A stretch of 57,574 nt of DNA, filler included, from Sphacelaria rigidula (Eukaryota), in NCBI GenBank assembly GCA_964200075.2. It is 7 parts of 7 records of this genome, joined end to end, with 100 filler letters (N's around TTAATTAATTAA, not from the genome) between each part and the next. Parts side by side here need not be neighbours in the genome. Positions count along the whole stretch, not along the records: positions 49,436 to 57,574 come from CAXNAA020012155.1; 6 more parts are not named here. One strand, 5' to 3'. Both the position numbers and the translations under genes were made by a program. This document shows positions 50,739-57,574 of this stretch, in pieces (positions within the stretch are counted from its first letter, which is position 1; the number at the start of each line of letters is the position of its first letter). The notes under the pieces were generated by a model. The model worked only from the letters and a program-made list of their open reading frames with translations, was not told the origin of the DNA and did no database searches.

Positions 50739-51015
50739 TAAGACCCGTCTTATCAAATTGTGTTCATGTCGAAACCGTGACGTCGAATCGAATTCGCTTG
50801 TTTCTGATTCGTCCACGCTATTTATTCTCTCAGATGGTTGAGAACATGAATGCCGTGGACGCATCAGGTACGAGCGAATTCGATTCCACCGTACGTTTTG
50901 GAGTCGAAAACAACTTGATAAGACACGGCCTGAGGTCTATACAATCCTCATCAACAGTCAGGGCATGTACCAATCAACCATGCGCACCCATAAAACACTA
51001 CATTACAATTTACAT

Positions 51016-51497
51016 TGTGCTGTCTGTGTGCGTTGTGTGTTGTCGTCCCATACTACTTGTACTCTGGACGCCGGTATATGTGGGCGCACCAGGCGCGGGG
51101 TCACACAGGAGGAGGTTCAACAAAACAGCGTTTTTTTTTTCTCCATTTCTCGTTTATTTTTATTATTCCACCTTCCTTCTGTGGTGGTTGGCTTTCTTTT
51201 TTATCGCGAAAAGATTCACTTGCCCTTTTTCCTCGTCGACCGTTAACCCTGAGAGCGAGAGTAGATCATTTGTTAAATCGGCATCCATTTCACTTGAAAA
51301 AAGAACGCATGATCAAGATATGACTACCCTCGCAAACTCAGGGTTGAATCGAATTTTGTGTACTCCCGACATGGTTGCTCTCCACTACTGTTGGGTATGG
51401 TGTGAGTAAAAATCCCAGATCGATCCGAGATTTGAACCCACGACACAAATGTCAGACCGTTTCGAGGTTATCAACTGAGCCCACCGGGACAACCGGC
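51016..51497 (-). mobile_element. tRNA-derived SINE, second copy, interrupted by a piggyBac-like MITE
   Basis: Colinear with 29744-30118 apart from the ~100-bp insert. Confidence 0.85.
51247..51343. mobile_element. piggyBac-like MITE
   Basis: TTAA|CCCTGAG...CTCAGGG|TTGA. The empty site is visible in the other SINE copy (gaccgttaggtcgaa). Confidence 0.8.
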
Positions 51498-51990
51498 TGC
51501 TGTGTACGGTGGTGTTTCGTGAACTAGATTGTACGGCATATACTCTTGTCATGGTAACAAGAGGCGCCGAACGAGCTTAGCTCACCACTTGGTAAGCGCG
51601 GGACTTACATGAGGGTAGGTCACCTTCTGAATCGGCATTAATTTTACTTGAAAAAAGTGTGCGTGATCCAGATGGACGACCTGCATCGCGGTCCCAAGGG
51701 CTAACCCTCACCCTCACCCCTACGAAGGCATACCGAGAACCCTCGGGCAAAGGGGGTGCGAAGTGTTCCCCAGGCAAACCGCAGGCGTCGATTTAGACAA
51801 GAACGCGCTCTGGGCATTCTACGAGCACGCTCCTTATAAGAGATCCAGGTTTCGGTGTTGAGATTAAAACCAAGTCGGGAAGCTCCACGCCCACCAAGCG
51901 GTCAACTACTGTAACACCGAGAAACCCAATGCTCTCGTCTGAAAAAAGTATGAGGAAGACATTTCTCCTTCCTACCGGTTATAGCATTAA

Positions 51991-52983
51991 CCCTTAGACG
52001 ACGAGCGTCGCCTCGGAACAGTTGTACAGGCTGATAGTCCCGACACATTCGAGGGTTTCCAGAGCTGGGGGGGGGGGTCTGTACGCAGAGCACCGTAAAA
52101 GCTCACGGAGTCGACCTTGTTTGTTTGGAAGTTTTCCGCGGAAAATTATGACCCGTGCACGAGGCCCGAAAGGCACGGGATGACCATTTTGACCAATCAA
52201 GGGCGTTAACCCTCAGACCGCGAGATTAGTCTTTCTGGATCATGCATACTTTTTTTTCACTTGAAATTGATGCCGATTCAACAGAAGAAGACTAACCTCG
52301 CGGTCTAAGGGTTAAAATGAACACTTTTGTTACAGTAGAGGTATACACCTGGTAGACACATTTGCCGTCTACCCTCATGACCCATTATGATCATTCCCAC
52401 TCAACCATAGATTATATAACCAACACGCAGGTGTTTGAGCATCTTCGGTACACTGCTGTGTCTGTCTGTTCAGTACTGCCTAAGCGTCGTACTAGCTCCA
52501 CACCTCCATCTAGTATCAAAAGTCATGGCGCAACACGCGAGCGGCGGCCACGAGTACCCGACGCACGTAGATGTAGACAAGTACTGTACTTCGACGGTGA
52601 GGCGACCGCCATCGCCGAGCAATTGCTCTACGGTAGTCAGGGGCGTTCGCGGCGGTAGTCATGGTGCGAAATCCAAACGCATGCTGCGTACACTCGGCAC
52701 GTTCTACACTGTAAGATCTAGTACGCTGGAGACCGCACGTGCAGCCGCGGCACGATACACTACAGACTGCACAGCAAANNNNNNNNNNAATATGAGGCGT
52801 GATAACCAGGTGATCGACAACGACACCACCGTCTGTGTTACGACGCAACTATGTACCTCTTATGCACTCCCGGTCCCTTCCACCTTAGAGTAGGCGTTTT
52901 GAGTTGTGACAAGGGAATGATTCTGAACCCCAAAAATGTAGTGTCTACCTCACTCTACCAGCGGGGGGGTCGCTGTCTAAGGG
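51991..52983. mobile_element. Possible larger piggyBac-like non-autonomous element
   Basis: TTAA|CCCTTAGACGACGA ... TCGCTGTCTAAGGG|TCAA. Spans a nested MITE and a 10-N gap at 52779-52788. Confidence 0.45.
52210..52311. mobile_element. piggyBac-like MITE, 102 bp, intact
   Basis: TTAA|CCCTCAGACCGCGAGATTAGTCTT ... AAGACTAACCTCGCGGTCTAAGGG|TTAA. Confidence 0.92.
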
Positions 52984-54310
52984 TCAAATATTCATATTCC
53001 GACACGTTGATCCTTTCTACACTGGTTGACTGAGGTGTATTTCAAGTTGAACGGGTCAAGAATGATCACAAAGTGGGTTCAACAGATACACAACGATGGT
53101 CGAAGGGTTAACCATTAGATCGCGAGGGTAGCCCATCTGAATCATGCATACTTTTCCAAAGGGACATGGAAACTGATTCAAGATATGCCCGACTCGCGAA
53201 GGCTTAGCTGACACTCCGACCGCCCAGAGGTGTCTGCCCATCTGTTGAATTGGTATCACTTTCGCTCGAGTAGCGGTCAAACCCTTGGAACGTGATGGTA
53301 CATCATGTGGGTCACGTAGTAGTCTTTTATGTGAAAGGAACGCGGATTCAACAGATTCACCTACCCTGGAAGTCAAAGTAGTGTGGTGGCCGTTGGTACG
53401 AGTATAACGGTTGAAAAGGGCTTGTGCAATCGAATGGAGGAGTGATGCAGCAATACCCCCCCCCCCCCCCCCCCCCCCACAAACCAACCAGCCCCTAAAC
53501 GGTCACGAAAAAACGGCCATACGGAGCATGATGGCAAGTTTCAGACAGCACGGAGAGCCTCATCAAACCAGCCACATTTCTGGGCAGGGGCATTGCGGCA
53601 TCAGCCAGAGGAAGACATTCAGAAATTCAAGTGAACTCTTCTACTCGTGTACGGGAACGTGAAGCCTTCGTGCTCGACCTCATCATTTTCGGCATTGTTT
53701 TTTTCGGAAGCAATTATTTCAATCTTTAGACAGCGAGGGTGGAATCTATTCTGAATCCGCATCAATTTCACTTGAAAAGAGAGTCCGTGATTCGAAAGAC
53801 TACAGTACCTGCAGGACACAACTCGAGGGATGAGGAGACGTGAACGATTGGATATGGCTTGCAGCGTGAGGTACGTTCGCCCGAGACCTTCACCAAAACC
53901 CATGGGCGATAGATTAACCTTCCACGGAAGATGCATTCTCGAGTAGAGTGGGTGCAGAGTGATGGGTGTGTGCTGGCACAGCTCAACTCAACGTCGCCGA
54001 TTCGAGCAAAAGTGCTTCCTGGACGCGCTGGGAGCACCACACGTCTGTCTGTTGACCATGCGTACAAGTCCACTATTCAAATTGGCACACAGAATTTCTG
54101 AACTGTCTGTGAAAATTGAAAACAGGTTGGGGGTAAACTCCCCTGCGCAAGAGATGAGGGAGGGGCGGTGGGGGGCAACGTACGCAGCAACAACACGAAA
54201 AAGTGTACCAGGTGCAAGGCGTCAACTCCACCTCGGAATAAGAACACTAGTTCAATTCCACATGCACAAAACAAGAAAAAACATGCGCCTCCTCCAGCGA
54301 AAGTACTAAA

Positions 54311-54407
54311 CCCTTCCACCGTCAGGGTGATCGATCTGGGTCTTATATTTACTATTCAAGTGAAAACGATGCCGATTCAAAGATGATCCATCCTGACGGC
54401 CAAAGGG
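54311..54407. mobile_element. piggyBac-like MITE, diverged
   Basis: TAAA|CCCTTCCACCGTCAGG ... CCTGACGGCCAAAGGG|TTAC, with the shared core ttcaagtgaaa..gatgccgattca. Confidence 0.75.
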
Positions 54408-56156
54408 TTACCGTAACGCATACCAGTCGGATCTTGGGCCGCAGCAACGATTTTACCACCGACAGTCTCAAGTGTCCATCTGAGGGTGCTCGAAGAATTC
54501 GGATTTTGCTTCTCTTGGTGCAACACACGCGAAACAACCTGTACTCTGTACTCAAATGGCCGGCTGCGTGTGCTGGCCTCAACTTTCCCTGAATGGATCA
54601 GGAAAAATCAAGGCAAAGGTTGAATCTACAATATCCAGATGATCCAATATGTCATATCAGCCAGTGACGTCCTGCCGTCGCCTCGGCTGCTCGCGCCCCA
54701 AGGGCCGGGAGGGGCACGAAAGCTTCCGTGAACGTTCGACATTGTTGCGTTTTGCCAGGGTATTGTGCTATTGTTGAGTCGTGGCTTGAGAAGGAAGCGC
54801 TTTCCATACATCAACAGCTATCAAAGCATGGTCAGCGAGAGAGGCCTTGGCACTCACTGCAGCGGTCTTAGGCCACACGGTCCTCGAACGGCATAAGCGA
54901 GCCCATAGAAAGATAAGCCGCAGCTCAGCTGTTTTGTTCTAAAATGAGGTTACACCGCCTGTTCAAAAATCCTGTGGTTTGGTGTAATTGCCGTACATAC
55001 AGTCTGAACCTGCGAGTATCGGGTATAGGCTAATGGACAGTACACAGGGCGAGTGACAGCTCTATTTCGGATTTACAGAGCACATGCACAACAGCATTGC
55101 CTTACACTAACACCATGCCCTACGTTCAACTCACGCCAGGTATGACCACCCTCGGTGCACGTAGGACCGGAACGCAACAAACCGTGTCGACATGTTGCAC
55201 GCAACAAATGCACCCACACCTTTCGGCGCGAAATATGTGCGCCCTACGATACGGTTTGGTCAAGACAGCGCAGAAAAGGTGCAGCACACTACTATATTGT
55301 ACTCCACACCTATCCGGCCCGGGGGCAACAAGCTCTACTCCAGCTGTACCCCCAACACACACAAAATCCTCTCGTGCCCTCGCATGTCACAACACATACA
55401 CAACAGCTACAATATAGGTGAAACTGTGTTCAGCAGCATTAGTGACTGTTGCACCCACATTGTACCCACAATCAATACAGCCGACAGTCGACAGTTTGTT
55501 GGTCTGATCGTGGGCGTTGTATGGCGCCTTACCGGGCCACTCCGCCGTCACGTTCCGGTGGTGCCCTGCGTCCAACCCCATCTCCGGATGCCGCTTTCGC
55601 TCTTCGCCTCTCTGAAGCTTTCGGTACAGCCATCGCACCCGGCCCAACTATTCGTGCTACGAAGTACCGTCCAGTTGTCCGTGTTGACCAGCAGCACCGT
55701 CAACGTACCCTCGGACAATGACCCTCGAGGATGTATATGCTGTGCAAATTCGCAGACCCGCGGTCGGGAAGTGTGCGAAATTTCCAGGTCTTCTGGCGGA
55801 GGCAGAGAACAGAGACAGGAAGATCCGAAACAAATAAACCCCCTCTACAAAACGTACATGTGTGCCTTAGATAAAGTGGGTAAGATCCTTGGCGAACCTC
55901 AAATTTAGAATTACTGTCTCCTTGCTGGTCAGACCCGCAGTTCTCAAAGATGAGATACCATTTGTGATGGTAACGCCTCCTGACACAACTCCGGAGTCAA
56001 CGTCTAGGACAAAAATAAAAATTACGACCATTTGTCCGGCGTGCTGGACTGTAGTTCACCACATGGCACCCTAGGAAGACACAGGAGACACAAAAGGGAT
56101 GCAAGCTGAGGTGACCAATACCTACCTACCTACAGCAGCTGTCATCCACAATATGA

Positions 56157-56194
56157 CCCTACCTACCTACCTACCTACCTACCTACCTACCTAC
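56157..56194. repeat. (CCTA)n microsatellite
   Basis: About 9 units. Confidence 0.9.
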
Positions 56195-57428
56195 AATGCC
56201 TGTCAGCTGTCAACCACAATACGACCGTTTGGATTATGCCGCAGAATGGGGTGTCGAATCGGAGACAGCGAAGGAACGTTGCGGGACAATCTTGGTGCAA
56301 TCACGATCGAGTATCTTTTCATCTCTCGCCACAGTAGAAGTTCGCAGGCACGTCCTGAGCTATGATGCGCGAGTCTCAGTTAAAACCGAGAATTGTTTCA
56401 CGAGGGAGACAGAGTTTGAAATGGCTTTGCACTAGGCATTAGCGAGATTACCGTCCATGCGCTTTTTCGACGATGTTCCGACGACAACGACGTTCATGAG
56501 CATGTCGTTAATCAGTTAAACTGTCCCAACCCGCAGTTTTCCGTCATTTCAACTTGGGATAACCAGTTACGTCCATAAGACAACATCGATTAGGGCGAGT
56601 CGAACCCTTGAATTCTTGCTGTTCCTCCGTACGGTTACGTCGTGTATTGTGTGCGTCCAGGAGTACTCCGAAGTATGATTATGTAACGAATGGCAAAACA
56701 TGCACACCAGGTCATGTGTGAGCTGCACCCGCACCAAGTGTCCATGACCACAAGCCACAGTCCACGCAGCTGTGTCCGAGGACAATTGTACGACGTAGCC
56801 GCACGGGATCCTGATTAATCTTGAATCTACGATACTTGGCCGTGTCATGATTTGCAGTCGTTCTTACTCTTGAGTACTTACTACTTTGGAATGGGTGCAA
56901 CCGTTAGCCAGGTACCCCACAAGCCGTGTCAGACTCTGCGACGGGTGCGTGCAGTAACTCTCCAGGTGCTACTTTGGACTACAGCGCGATCATGCTTGAA
57001 GTAGCGTGGTTCTGAGACAAGAAAGAGAGGGCGACATTTGACGATTTCCATCTCGATTTGTATCTCGGTAAATGGAGCGCAGTTGTCATGGCTAAGACGG
57101 AGCAACAGGATAACAGCGGCAGTCATTGGCGGGCTCACCGACTGCGCAAATGTATCGAGGGCCGACGGCGTGCAAACGAACGAGCAGCTATGGAGCAGGG
57201 AAGCGGAAAAGCCGCCCACGCGAGGGATGCGATGGCTCTTCGAGCACTCCAGGTTACTGCAATGTTGTTTGTCCCTTACCTCACTTACATTCATGTTCGG
57301 GTCATTATCTCGGCTCTTACGTCATAGGATTGGATTGCCTTACAATAGTGCGGGGGAAAAGACGTTCGGTTTAAGGGAGTTCAAAATATGTTTCACAGGC
57401 TTTTCACGTTTCTATCCCGGTTACTGCC

Positions 57429-57574
57429 GCGTCCCGGTGGTGTAACGGTCCCACTGTCGCCATGAGGGTGGAGAGAACGGGGGGTTCGATACCTGATGTA
57501 TTGGGTTTTTTCTTTGTGATGTATGATTTCCACCGTGGAAAGCGTGAGAACGTGAGTAAACAAAGTAGTCGACT
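57429..57574 (+). mobile_element. Head of a second tRNA-derived SINE family (truncated by the window end)
   Basis: A box TGGTGTAACGG (57438-57448) and B box GGTTCGATACC (57483-57493). No acceptor-stem closure. Confidence 0.55.

Noticed and set aside
51243-54411. CRISPR-like repeat-spacer array
   Set aside because: Units are ~100 bp, highly diverged, irregularly spaced and in both orientations, with TIR/TTAA hallmarks. There are no cas genes and the context is eukaryotic.
55192-56900. ORFs and exon-like segments in contig 7
   Set aside because: No recognisable domain and no phase-consistent exon chain.

Overview
This is eukaryotic, intron-rich and repeat-rich DNA. It is most consistent with a brown alga (Phaeophyceae), an inference from the gene families, splice signals and Copia/LINE types. 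It is not one locus: seven unrelated ~8.14-kb contigs are joined by artificial N44-TTAATTAATTAA-N44 linkers. Four partial spliced genes, all on the minus strand, could be rebuilt with phase-consistent exons: (1) the C-terminal multi-pass membrane domain of a stramenopile adhesin/Pmp-like protein; (2) an SGNH-hydrolase-like C-terminus (DGRH motif) across a 5.9-kb intron; (3) an 8-exon ketopantoate-reductase-fold (PanE/ApbA) protein with substituted catalytic residues and a hydrophobic C-terminal anchor; (4) an XRRA1-like LRR protein. Mobile DNA includes a decayed Copia gag-pol, a gag-only LTR element with a hairpin-forming leader, and seven 3' fragments of a LINE that ends in C-runs instead of poly(A). 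There are also tRNA-derived SINEs, Sola-like, Tourist-like, Tc1/mariner-like and piggyBac-like MITEs, and a pogo transposase fragment. No CRISPR array, rRNA or intact tRNA gene was seen. All family assignments are by-eye motif recognition; no searches were run.
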